A DNA stretch of 22,928 nt. Origin: a virus. Below are positions 1 to 8,276 of the stretch, one piece after another. The notes below the pieces were generated by a model. The model worked only from the letters and a program-made list of their open reading frames with translations, ran no database searches and was not told the origin of the DNA. The position numbers and the translations under genes were made by a program. The stretch covers positions 1 through 22,928 of the IMG/VR virus record IMGVR_UViG_3300045988_094583; one strand, 5' to 3'. How positions within the stretch are numbered: the stretch's first letter is position 1; each line of letters opens with the position of its first letter.

Positions 1-354
1 TGAAAAATCCAGCACAATGTGGATCAATGGCTGGACGTCTGTATTATCCGGTAAGACTTGCTTGTCTGTACCAGTTTTCAATAAGTTGTATTCAAACCCT
101 TTAATTCGTTCGCTAGCTTGTTCTAACGCTTGACAGTGGGCATCTAGCTCTGCACGTTGCACTCTAAGTCCGTAGATATGGACGGTTTGTCTTATCGTTC
201 CAAAATTGTCGTTATTGAGCGTAGGTGCTGAGCTATTCTCGCCAATGAAAGCGAAAGGATAGCTAGCGGATGAATCGGGTAAGTAGTCGTAAGTTGCTAC
301 CGTCTCACTAGCAATAGCAAATAGATTTCTGAATAGATCATGGCTAGGTGTCAT
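1..354 (-). CDS. Partial CDS (118 N-terminal codons, C-terminus beyond the left edge). Next head-tail joining or tail-proximal structural protein.
   Basis: ATG at 354 overlaps the stop of the upstream gene (ATGA at 351-354). My translation (MTPSHDLFRNLFAIASETVATYDYLPDSS...HIYGLRVQRAELD...) stays open to base 1. It is absent from the ORF track because it is truncated. Function is inferred from position only. Confidence 0.5.
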   Translation of the reverse strand, partial: MTPSHDLFRNLFAIASETVATYDYLPDSSASYPFAFIGENSSAPTLNNDNFGTIRQTVHIYGLRVQRAELDAHCQALEQASERIKGFEYNLLKTGTDKQVLPDNTDVQPLIHIVLDFS

Positions 355-704
355 TTAAAGGCTCCTTCCATAACTTTACGGATTTGTTCAGTGAAATAAG
401 GCTCGATTTCTGTCATCATGGGGCGCATGAATGGCGTCCCCGGCTGATAACGTGTGCCATATTCTTGATAACCACTATATGAGGCGGCAGCGTGAATATG
501 ATATTCCTCGACTTTTGGAAGACCGGTGATTTCACTCTTCAAAAAGCCGGTATCTACTGGGGCTTTACTCTGAGCAATGTTAGTACCCTTCTCCCCGGCA
601 TTTTTTAGGACATTGTTAGCTTGGGTTTTTATTTTTTGGCTTGCATTTCCTAATGCGGCAGCAAGTTCCAAATCCCCACGCCATTCAATTGAAAAATTAG
701 CCAT
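351..704 (-). CDS. HK97 gp10-family head-tail joining (tail attachment) protein
   Basis: 117 aa. MANFSIEW...VDTGFLKSEI...YEYGT pattern and its position after the head-closure gene. Start overlaps the upstream stop. Confidence 0.75.
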   Translation of the reverse strand: MANFSIEWRGDLELAAALGNASQKIKTQANNVLKNAGEKGTNIAQSKAPVDTGFLKSEITGLPKVEEYHIHAAASYSGYQEYGTRYQPGTPFMRPMMTEIEPYFTEQIRKVMEGAFK

Positions 705-1005
705 TTAGCTCACCTCTTTTCAATCTGATTGCGCCCTTAATCGGTGCGTCAATGCGTTCGATAGGGTAATACTTATTGCCCTCGTATAAAGCGTAGTCAA
801 ACGGCTTCTGCTCTTGACTGAATCGGCATATCATGACCACGTCTGACCTACTCCCATAGGCTTCAAAGACACGTTGTTGATCAATGAAGTTAACCAAACA
901 AGGCACAATCTTACTAGACTGTGCCTTTTCTTCGTGTTTATCAGTTATCGGGTTGTAAGTCGAAACGCCTTGATTCACTAACTTGATGCGGTGCGGTGTT
1001 TTCAT
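697..1005 (-). CDS. Head closure / head-tail adaptor protein (SPP1 gp16-like slot)
   Basis: 102 aa. Overlapping start and stop with neighbours. Synteny between the gp6-like connector and the gp10-like protein. Confidence 0.65.
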   Translation of the reverse strand: MKTPHRIKLVNQGVSTYNPITDKHEEKAQSSKIVPCLVNFIDQQRVFEAYGSRSDVVMICRFSQEQKPFDYALYEGNKYYPIERIDAPIKGAIRLKRGELNG

Positions 1006-1349
1006 AGGAACTTCACCTTACCTTTTCGAGCCAGCGAACCGTCCAGACCGAAATCTTTATCCAGAATCTTTCTGTAAGGTTTGAACATATCGTCCCAATC
1101 CTCGTAAGTGACTGAATAGCCGTCTACATTTTCGGTTTTGACACCCTCTGACCCCTTACGACCATAGAGTTTGTAAACAACATTTTCGATGATGAAATGA
1201 TACTTCTTGTCAATCTCGGTTGTTCCGACTAGTGCTTTGAAATAACTCTCAGCGTCGCTGACTAAGTCTTCAATCAATTTATCCTCAAGATCGTCTTTAA
1301 CGTCGATACCCAACCGACGCTTAATCTTCTCAAGTTGGATATCGTTCAT
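1002..1349 (-). CDS. gp6-like head-tail connector (DNA packaging) protein
   Basis: ATG at 1349 (MNDIQLEKIKRRLGID...) is preceded by GGAGGAGG. The track start at 1367 lacks an SD and would overlap the upstream gene. The N-terminal LEKIKRRLGIDVKDDLEDKLIEDLV pattern is typical of this family. Confidence 0.75.
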   Translation of the reverse strand: MNDIQLEKIKRRLGIDVKDDLEDKLIEDLVSDAESYFKALVGTTEIDKKYHFIIENVVYKLYGRKGSEGVKTENVDGYSVTYEDWDDMFKPYRKILDKDFGLDGSLARKGKVKFL

Positions 1350-1350
1350 T

Positions 1351-1623
1351 TTAGACCTCCTCCGCAACCTTTAGAAGTTCTTCTAAATCTGCTTTTTTCG
1401 CTTTGGCATCATACTCGATACCAGCTTCATCAAGTTTTGCTTTGAGCTCTTTGACTGTAAGCTCTTTTGACGGCTCGACTGGTTCGATACCGCCTTTTTC
1501 AAGAACCTCTGCCACACGCTCTTTAGTAGGCTCATAGCCTTCTCGTGGGTAAGTTTCCCCGACTTGGTAGATATATTCGTTATCTTGCAAATCACGGAAT
1601 GTAATCTTAGCTTTATAGGCCAT
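1351..1623 (-). CDS. Small head-associated protein with a C-terminal HeH/SAP-like (Rho-N-like) helix-extension-helix motif
   Basis: 90 aa. SD AGGAGG sits 5 nt before the ATG. TVKELKAKLDEAGIEYDAKAKKADLEELL matches the HeH/SAP motif pattern. It lies between the capsid and connector genes. Confidence 0.6.
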   Translation of the reverse strand: MAYKAKITFRDLQDNEYIYQVGETYPREGYEPTKERVAEVLEKGGIEPVEPSKELTVKELKAKLDEAGIEYDAKAKKADLEELLKVAEEV

Positions 1624-1636
1624 TTGAACCTCCTGA

Positions 1637-2569
1637 CTAGACTCCTACTGGTTGGATGGCTGCAAATGCTTCGTCGTTTGGAATAGCTACGGCAATTTCA
1701 AAGATTGCACGGAGCGCTTGCATGTCTTGTTCAAACAAATGAACATCACCAGAATCAAGTGTGCCATCGTTTTGAACCTTAGACAAAGTAGCTTGGTCAG
1801 CGATTTTAAGACGCAAGTTAGTGCCGTTTGGAATACCGTACACCAAGCCGTTGAAGTTACCAGTAATCAATGTACCTGCTGGGTAAGTTTGCCCGTCTTG
1901 CAATTGAAGTTGTGAGTATGGAAGACCATCAAGCTCACCGATTGCGTTAGGGTTAGCTGGTTTAGTGAAGATGTGTTGACCGCCGTTCACATTGTCGACG
2001 ATTCCACGAAGTGTGCGGTTGATAGTGCGGTGACCTACGAATGCGTTAGGTTCTTTTTCTGACTTATCTTCCACATCGTAAATGTTATTGAGGTTGATGT
2101 CCCCAGATACGATGTTTTGAGCACGTTTAGCAGACGCCAAAACGTTAGCACCGAATGGATTGTTATACAAACCAAGGAACGCCGCCCCGTCGATTTTCTT
2201 GTTGAACAAGTCAACAATCTTGTCCTTGATTGATTCGAAGAAGTCAGTCCAAGTGTAGTTGAGGACTTCTTCTGTAACTGGCAAGATAACTGCCAATTTA
2301 CGAGATTCAAGAACGTAAGATTTGGTTTGTACTTTTGCAGTACCGATTTTTTGACCTTCACCTACGAAGTAAGCGTCTGTCAATTGTCCAACTTCAACGC
2401 CCTTGCGGACCATTTTGCCTTCCATTTCAACTTTTTGACCAAGCTGAATGACTTTTGAAGTTTTTACAAGTTCGTCAGTGAAAAGATCAGTGATGTATTC
2501 TGATGTAATCTCTTTACCAAGAGAGTCAGACAATAGGACTGTGTCCGGATTGAATTTTTGTTGAGCCAT
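1637..2569 (-). CDS. Major capsid protein
   Basis: 310 aa. Strong SD (AAGGAGAG). Lies immediately downstream of the scaffold gene. Size and composition are typical of siphoviral major head proteins. Confidence 0.85.
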   Translation of the reverse strand: MAQQKFNPDTVLLSDSLGKEITSEYITDLFTDELVKTSKVIQLGQKVEMEGKMVRKGVEVGQLTDAYFVGEGQKIGTAKVQTKSYVLESRKLAVILPVTEEVLNYTWTDFFESIKDKIVDLFNKKIDGAAFLGLYNNPFGANVLASAKRAQNIVSGDINLNNIYDVEDKSEKEPNAFVGHRTINRTLRGIVDNVNGGQHIFTKPANPNAIGELDGLPYSQLQLQDGQTYPAGTLITGNFNGLVYGIPNGTNLRLKIADQATLSKVQNDGTLDSGDVHLFEQDMQALRAIFEIAVAIPNDEAFAAIQPVGV

Positions 2570-2587
2570 GCGCTCTCCTTTCTTTGA

Positions 2588-3139
2588 TTAGAAATTAGTG
2601 ATTTTGGCTTTATCAAACTTGTCTTTTCCACGATGTGAGTGCCCTTCCGCTCCACCGCTTGTGCGAGGTGGTAGAGCTTTGGCTTCTTCTCGTTTCTGCA
2701 AGTTTAAGATGTTAGCCATGTTTGAAACAGCTAGCTTAGTAGCTTCTTCATCGCCTTTAACAACGAAGGCAAGCGTTGACTCGTTGACGGGCACGCCTTG
2801 AGCTTCGAGCTCTTTAATAGCGATATCCTGCATTTGACGTTGAGCAATCTGAGCTTGAAGTGCTGCAATTGTGCTCTGGGCTTCTTCGAATTCTTTATCC
2901 CGCTGTTTCCGTTGCAGCTCTTGAAGTTCTTCTTCACTCATTTTAGCTTTAGCAACGGCTTCCTCGATTTGAGATTGAATACCGGTTTGCATATCAGCAA
3001 TTTCAAGAGTATGTTTTTCTTCCATCTGCTTGAGTCTACGCTGCATTTCAGCGACTGACACCATCTTCTCCTCTTTTCCTGGTTGGCTAGCTTCAACCTC
3101 TTGAGGATTCTCAACTGTTTCAAGTTCTTTTTCTGCCAT
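2588..3139 (-). CDS. Capsid scaffolding protein
   Basis: 183 aa. Highly charged, Glu/Gln/Lys-rich coiled-coil sequence. Position is between the minor head protein and the major capsid. SD AAAGGAG. Confidence 0.8.
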   Translation of the reverse strand: MAEKELETVENPQEVEASQPGKEEKMVSVAEMQRRLKQMEEKHTLEIADMQTGIQSQIEEAVAKAKMSEEELQELQRKQRDKEFEEAQSTIAALQAQIAQRQMQDIAIKELEAQGVPVNESTLAFVVKGDEEATKLAVSNMANILNLQKREEAKALPPRTSGGAEGHSHRGKDKFDKAKITNF

Positions 3140-3225
3140 GATAGGCTCCTTTCTTTACGCTTTTACGAGCAACCCCCTCGAACTCATGCAGCTTTTAACG
3201 TCGTCAGCACGGTCTGGACAAAGGG

Positions 3226-4191
3226 TTATTCACCCCACACACCGTTAACAGCTTCTTCATCAAGCGTGCTGCCGCCGGCTTTGTATTCCATTTTGATGTG
3301 TCCATACGCTGAACAACGACAGTTAGGGTGCATGGGGTACATGTTAACCCCTTTTTCTGCCTTGTTGATTGGTATGGCTTTTCTATCCAAAGGCTTACAG
3401 ATATCGCAAGCCCCACTTTCTGCAACATAGATTAAATGCGTGAAGTCGTTCTCTTTCAACATCATCAATTCTGTATCAGCATTAATACGAGCTATTTCGG
3501 TCTTGAGCAATCGTTGGGCGTTGGCTTGGCTTGTGTTATATTTCTTAGCTAACCGCCGCCGTTCCTGCTTAAAACCGTCCATATCGGCGAAGATACGCGC
3601 TAACGAGCTAAACACATCCTTCTGCATACTTGCATGAAGTCCGTTCCTGCCCCAAACTCTACGGCTAAAATTCTGTCCGTAGAAATCAGCGTCTAAGATG
3701 GCTCTCATGCGGCTTACTGCATTGACGGCAGAATTGCCCAAGATACCCGCTTGACGCTTAAATTCGGCTAAATATTCACTCTCACGCGCTTCATCGAAGA
3801 CTTCGTTAACGTCTGATATAAGACTAGCTATTTCAAGCCTTAATTCAGCTTTGAGTAGCTCCAACCGACTGACTTTCATTTTGAGGTTAAACAGTCTTAG
3901 CCATTGGTTAGTGCCGTGTGAGAAGTCTTTCTCGACTACTGCCTTTCTAGCTCGATCTCTGTACTCAGTGACATCGAACTCACTAGCCCGCTTCACAGCT
4001 TCAGCACGGCTTAGCCCCTCTTTGTCAGCGTAGCGCATGTAAAAGCCGTTTATTTGGCTCTGCATACGGTTATATGACGCTTGATAAAGCTCTTTTAAGA
4101 CCTTGTCACGCTCTATGTCACGCTTGATTAGGTCTGATTGCGCTTTTCTCTCGGCATTGTAGCGTTCATTATTCGTCATCATCCTCAACAC
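3226..4191 (-). CDS. Minor head / head morphogenesis protein (SPP1 gp7 / Mu F family)
   Basis: The C-terminal CDICKPLDRK...MHPNCRCS motif is characteristic of the family. The gene follows the portal gene. The track start is GTG at 4191, but the true start is more likely ATG at 4182 or 4179. Confidence 0.85.
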   Translation of the reverse strand: MLRMMTNNERYNAERKAQSDLIKRDIERDKVLKELYQASYNRMQSQINGFYMRYADKEGLSRAEAVKRASEFDVTEYRDRARKAVVEKDFSHGTNQWLRLFNLKMKVSRLELLKAELRLEIASLISDVNEVFDEARESEYLAEFKRQAGILGNSAVNAVSRMRAILDADFYGQNFSRRVWGRNGLHASMQKDVFSSLARIFADMDGFKQERRRLAKKYNTSQANAQRLLKTEIARINADTELMMLKENDFTHLIYVAESGACDICKPLDRKAIPINKAEKGVNMYPMHPNCRCSAYGHIKMEYKAGGSTLDEEAVNGVWGE

Positions 4192-5668
4192 CTACAATCT
4201 GACTAACTTCTAGATCAGTAGCCCCGCCCTCTTTGAGCAAACGGCTCTTTTCTTTGCGAGCGTCTGTGAAGCTAGCTGATTCCATAAGCGTCTCTTGTGA
4301 GATTTCCATGCCGGAATTGATAGCAGATTGAATCTCAGCCCATACGTCCGTTGGTAGGTTCTCATGAAACGTGAATGTCAGCATGTCAGCGTCCACCGGT
4401 TCGATTCCTTTGAGGTTGTTTGATAGCAACTCAAGCAGTTTATAGCGTCGTCTGAGCGCCTTGACAAAGAACCCACGCTTAACGGCTGTAACTTGCTGCA
4501 AATCAACTAGCTTGTAGCGGATAGCGATCCCAGACGTAGCTGAGAAAGTCGAATCGTCTTGCAAGTTAGGCAATCCAACAATGCGGAAGAAGTCTTTAAT
4601 CAAGCGCGACTTGTACGCTTCAACACCGCTCACATCATATTGCTTGTAGATATAGCCCGCATCTAAGGATGTTTGTTGTCCGTTGTGTCCAACTCCACTC
4701 TCAAGCACTAGCATGTTAGCGTGCTTCATTTTCATGATGTCGGACGCATTCATGCCGGTACTTTCAAAATCACCCTTGATAACAAGCATTGCGTCATTAA
4801 GGTCTGACATGTAGTTAGCTGTGTCCGACTCTGCTGCGTCGTAAGCGTCAATGATTGGAATGCCTTTCTCCCAGTCTCCCGAACGCTCTCGGTTATTCTG
4901 CCATTCAACCACTGGCACCATACCAAACGGATTTTCTTTTCGCTCGATTTCCTGCCAGTTTGGGTCATAGCTGACAATCTTGTTGTCGGTGTAAACTGTG
5001 ACAAACATCTCACCGTCATACACTGGACAATGCACAGCCGCAATGATATCCTTTCGGACGTCTGCGCTACGAATAGTGAACATCTCCCTTGCGTCAATCA
5101 AGACCACTGCTGGATTGCCAAACTCGTCATAGTAATGCAGCTCAAATGCTCGCCCAAAGCGTGAAGCGTCATAGACTAGCTCACGGTTAAGAGCTTCAAT
5201 GTCGTTGTAGGCGTTGAAATCATCAATAGCCGTCAAATCGCTGTTAGTGTCAGTAGCACCAATTGAAATAGGCTGCCCTACTGTATAACCAGTGAAGAAG
5301 CGGCTAGCTTGTCCCCCCAAGTCATGCCTAATACGGTAGTCAGCTTTTTCTGGTTCTAGTCGTTTGCGCCCATTTAGAATCGTGTAATTGTTCCCGTTTG
5401 AGTAGCTCTCTAGGATATTCAAGCGGTCTATCTGTCCGTCTTGAAACCGAGCTACCATCTTCTCTAACTTCTCACGCCCTTGGAACGTGTCCACTAGGTC
5501 ATCCGCTGATTGAGCCATGAAGTGTGTATTTGCTTCTTTGGGAAAATGAAGGAAGTCTTCACGTTTCTGCAAGCTAGTCGGTTCCATGTCTCGCTCGAAT
5601 TGATATGATCTAGGAATGTACTGCCCTTCATGTAAGATGTCGTCAGCACTATGTGTCGTGTTCGTCAT
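4169..5668 (-). CDS. Portal protein (SPP1 gp6-like)
   Basis: 499 aa. SD AAGGAG 5 nt before the ATG. Lies directly downstream of terL. Acidic C-terminus. Confidence 0.9.
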   Translation of the reverse strand: MTNTTHSADDILHEGQYIPRSYQFERDMEPTSLQKREDFLHFPKEANTHFMAQSADDLVDTFQGREKLEKMVARFQDGQIDRLNILESYSNGNNYTILNGRKRLEPEKADYRIRHDLGGQASRFFTGYTVGQPISIGATDTNSDLTAIDDFNAYNDIEALNRELVYDASRFGRAFELHYYDEFGNPAVVLIDAREMFTIRSADVRKDIIAAVHCPVYDGEMFVTVYTDNKIVSYDPNWQEIERKENPFGMVPVVEWQNNRERSGDWEKGIPIIDAYDAAESDTANYMSDLNDAMLVIKGDFESTGMNASDIMKMKHANMLVLESGVGHNGQQTSLDAGYIYKQYDVSGVEAYKSRLIKDFFRIVGLPNLQDDSTFSATSGIAIRYKLVDLQQVTAVKRGFFVKALRRRYKLLELLSNNLKGIEPVDADMLTFTFHENLPTDVWAEIQSAINSGMEISQETLMESASFTDARKEKSRLLKEGGATDLEVSQIVGVEDDDE

Positions 5669-5669
5669 T

Positions 5670-6950
5670 CTATCTCCTTATCAGTTTGTTAACCCATCTA
5701 ATCTTAGCGTCTACATCCTGCTTATCCTTGACGAAAATAAGGTTTTGCAGTGCGTACCTAATAGCGTCGATACAGTGGTTATAACTATCGCATGGCTTGT
5801 TGATGTACTCGTTTGTATGCTTATCTTTCTGCCATGTATAGTTCTCAAGTTCCTCAATCGTCTTGACACATCTCTCATCAACGATGATGTCGAACTGTTG
5901 CAAGAATTGAATCCCTTGTAGAACCGAACCTTTGCCCTTGTTTACCGGAATAGCTCGACGCAAGCCCAGTGTTTGCAGTTCAGCAATAGATTTCTGCTCT
6001 GCTGAGTCGGCCATAATCACCTCTTTTGAATAACCAAGGCTAGTAATAGCTTCTGCTATCTGGTTGTTAAGCAAGCCCTTCTTGACATATTCCTCTAGGA
6101 TATATAACCGCTTATTCTCTCGGTCTATTTTGACGTGCATAAACGCCGTGGGGTCGTTTGTGAATCCGAAGTCAAGACCAAAAAAGGACGGTAGCTGTTT
6201 AAGCTCGTCCTTATTGAGTAATCTCTTTTCATACTTTGGAAATACTAGCTTGTCAAGGGTGGCAAACTCACCCAAAGCATAGATTTTGTAGTAGGCTTCG
6301 TTTCGGTTTGCTAGCTCCTCGATATTCTCCTTGGTCAAGTCGTCCAGAAAGCGATTGTCCTTGTACGTCGTTTGATAAACCACTGTATTTTTAGGGTTCT
6401 TCACAAAAAACGCATTATATACCCAGTTAGCCTTAGACACCGGGTTAAACATCAAATAGATTTGTTTTTGTTTGTGGGCTTTATCTCTCAAGCGAAGCGT
6501 TAACTGCGTGTAATCATCAAGCGTAAACTCTGACGCTTCTTCCATCACAACGTCTGAAATGCCTTTGATAGACTTGATTTTCTCTGGGTTATCCATCCCT
6601 TTAAAAATCAGCTCAGCCCCGTTCGGTAACTCAATACGGAATGCGCTCATGTTAACCTTGCATAGATTAAGCACACCAAAGTAAGACAAGGCTGCTAGCA
6701 CGTCCGCAAACACCGAATCACGAACCGTAGACCCTACCTTACGCAATATCAATATTTTGCGGGGCTTATCCCACTTTTTAAGAGCTTTGAGGACTATCTT
6801 CTGGAAGACCCCGTGGCTCTTACCGCTAGACGCTCCGCCGTAATGAACCTCAGTGAATGTGTCGTAATCAAACAAATGCTCATAGATATGCCGATTAAAC
6901 ACCTTGCTTGGATTGATTTCAAGATTAATCGTCATTCCATTCACCGACAT
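5670..6950 (-). CDS. terL: Terminase large subunit (PBSX / Terminase_3-like)
   Basis: 426 aa. Walker A YGGASSGKS near the N-terminus and a nuclease-type C-terminal half. The alternative start at 6935 (MTINLE) gives a typical short overlap with terS. Confidence 0.92.
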   Translation of the reverse strand: MSVNGMTINLEINPSKVFNRHIYEHLFDYDTFTEVHYGGASSGKSHGVFQKIVLKALKKWDKPRKILILRKVGSTVRDSVFADVLAALSYFGVLNLCKVNMSAFRIELPNGAELIFKGMDNPEKIKSIKGISDVVMEEASEFTLDDYTQLTLRLRDKAHKQKQIYLMFNPVSKANWVYNAFFVKNPKNTVVYQTTYKDNRFLDDLTKENIEELANRNEAYYKIYALGEFATLDKLVFPKYEKRLLNKDELKQLPSFFGLDFGFTNDPTAFMHVKIDRENKRLYILEEYVKKGLLNNQIAEAITSLGYSKEVIMADSAEQKSIAELQTLGLRRAIPVNKGKGSVLQGIQFLQQFDIIVDERCVKTIEELENYTWQKDKHTNEYINKPCDSYNHCIDAIRYALQNLIFVKDKQDVDAKIRWVNKLIRR

Positions 6951-7368
6951 TGATGTTGATATCTTGCGTTACATCGGCTTCGACCTTATCTATCCACATT
7001 CTGTAACGTTTACCGATATCAACTGCCGCAGCTCGACGGGTGGCAACATTCGGCTTAGCTTGAGCAATGCGTTGCATACCCTCGCCATCTAGAACAAGCA
7101 AGGGTTCTTCAACCTCTCCACGCATGACGGCAGTGAGAAACTCCATGACCTCTTGTTGATCCGCAACACGTTCCGACTTTAACTGCTCCAGTCGTTCGTC
7201 TATATAAGCCTTGACCTCAGTATTTCTTAGTAGCTTACTACCATTGACTTCTGCCGTCCTTATCTTCTTAATACTAGGATAAGCCTTCTTGTACGCTTGC
7301 GTAGCGTTTAGGCTGACGATGTACTCATCGGCAAACTTTATTTGTTTTTCGGTCATCCCATTTTCCAT
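6925..7368 (-). CDS. terS: Terminase small subunit
   Basis: Start chosen at ATG 7368 (MENGMTEKQIKFADEYIVSLNATQAYKKAYP), which has AAAGGAG upstream. The N-terminal HTH pattern is typical of Terminase_2. The 3' end overlaps terL. Confidence 0.85.
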   Translation of the reverse strand: MENGMTEKQIKFADEYIVSLNATQAYKKAYPSIKKIRTAEVNGSKLLRNTEVKAYIDERLEQLKSERVADQQEVMEFLTAVMRGEVEEPLLVLDGEGMQRIAQAKPNVATRRAAAVDIGKRYRMWIDKVEADVTQDININVGEWNDD

Positions 7369-7437
7369 CAACTCCTTTCTGATATTGAAAAAGACAACCC
7401 ACAAAGTGAGCTGTCTCTGATTTTCTTCGATAATATA

Positions 7438-7446
7438 ATAATACCA
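7438..7446 (-). promoter_or_regulatory. Candidate late promoter: extended -10 (TGGTATTAT) without a recognisable -35
   Basis: Lies in the 92-bp arpU-terS gap, about 70 nt upstream of the terS start. No TTGACA-like hexamer is found 16-18 nt upstream, which would fit activator dependence. Three CGGT(A/T)(A/T) repeats lie just upstream. Confidence 0.3.
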
Positions 7447-7496
7447 CTTTAAACAGTTGTAAGATACCGAACTTTAACCGTCCAATTACCGATTTT

Positions 7497-7913
7497 TCAA
7501 CATTCTACAACTAATTTGCCATCTCTATACAATTCAGCAAATGCTAGGATAGCATTATTAAGTAGCTCTTGAAAAGCTGTCCTTTCGAATCCGATTGCTT
7601 GGGCGATTTGCCAGTTTGGTTTCGGTGGGTATGCCAGATATTTCTCTATCAGTATTCTGCGATAGTCTGGACGATATAGCCCGCTAACTGCTTGCTCTAT
7701 GGCTTCTAGCTCGTTCATAGCATCAACACGCCTAACTGCGATATTTTCCACGGGTCTACTCACTCCACTGCCACCTCTTGGCATGAAAGTGAACTCTTGT
7801 GTAATCTTCTGCTCAGCGCTATCGTGTGCTATCTCTCGCCATCTTGGATATTCTCGAAGTTTTCGCTTGCAACCTCTGATAGTTGCTTTTTCATCAATTT
7901 CCGGCAATAGCAT
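7497..7913 (-). CDS. arpU: ArpU-family late-gene transcriptional activator
   Basis: 138 aa. The MLLPEIDEKAT...KRKLREYPRW N-terminus and the sigma-region-4-like C-terminus (WQIAQAIGFERTAFQELLNNAILAFAELY) match my memory of ArpU-family phage regulators. It sits directly upstream of the packaging genes. Confidence 0.8.
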   Translation of the reverse strand: MLLPEIDEKATIRGCKRKLREYPRWREIAHDSAEQKITQEFTFMPRGGSGVSRPVENIAVRRVDAMNELEAIEQAVSGLYRPDYRRILIEKYLAYPPKPNWQIAQAIGFERTAFQELLNNAILAFAELYRDGKLVVEC

Positions 7914-7927
7914 TGTTCTGTCCTCTT

Positions 7928-7936
7928 TGGTATAAT
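7928..7936 (+). promoter_or_regulatory. Perfect extended -10 element (TGGTATAAT) on the plus strand, antisense to the arpU leader
   Basis: TGnTATAAT consensus read directly from the sequence. No good -35. It is followed 23 nt later by the hairpin and T-run at 7960-7989. Confidence 0.35.
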
Positions 7937-7959
7937 AGTAGTGTTGACTTTCAAAGAGT

Positions 7960-7989
7960 GCCGGCCATTGTGTCGGTCTTTTTTTGTTT
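7960..7989 (+). terminator. Weak plus-strand intrinsic terminator-like hairpin
   Basis: GCCGGC / loop CATTGT / GUCGGU gives 6 bp, two of them G-U that pair only in the plus-sense RNA. It is followed by CTTTTTTTGTTT. The minus-sense version has A-C mismatches. Confidence 0.3.
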
Positions 7990-8276
7990 AGCCCAAAGAC
8001 ATTAAGAAGTTTTATAAGAGAAAGATTAATGTATTTGTTTTGGGGTTGTCTCTTGGGCCTTCTATCACCTCCTTCCTAGCCATCGACACCAGCAAGATCT
8101 TTGGCTTTGTTTTTGTAACGCAATGATATCAATAAGAAAGAGGGTTGTTTCACATCCTTTTTTTCTTACATTTGCCGGGTTTTGTTTGAGCAAGGTCTGT
8201 CAGCTTGCTCGGTGTTGAAAAGTGTTCAAGCCACTAAAAATCTATATCCATTTTTTAGTGTAATTTGACAGACGAT

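Noticed and set aside
1383-3430. Numerous 60-115-aa ORFs in the track that overlap the capsid, scaffold and minor-head genes on the opposite strand or in other frames (e.g. 1383-1595, 1652-1915, 2035-2361, 2598-2801, 2798-3058, 3083-3430).
   Set aside because: They lie entirely inside longer ORFs with clear family motifs and SDs. They have no SD of their own and are low-complexity or Cys/Leu/Ser/Phe-rich, as expected for shadow frames. The same reasoning applies to similar track entries elsewhere, such as 4750-5097, 10324-10828, 11263-11998, 12222-12612, 14175-14427, 17148-17618 and 18383-18646.
8029-8079. A plus-strand 16-codon hydrophobic ORF (MYLFWGCLLGLLSPPS) in the long spacer, as a possible type I toxin paired with an antisense RNA.
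   Set aside because: It is too short for known type I toxins and has only a weak SD-like AGAAAG upstream. The hydrophobicity may simply reflect the T/G-rich complement of the minus-strand SD-like tract.
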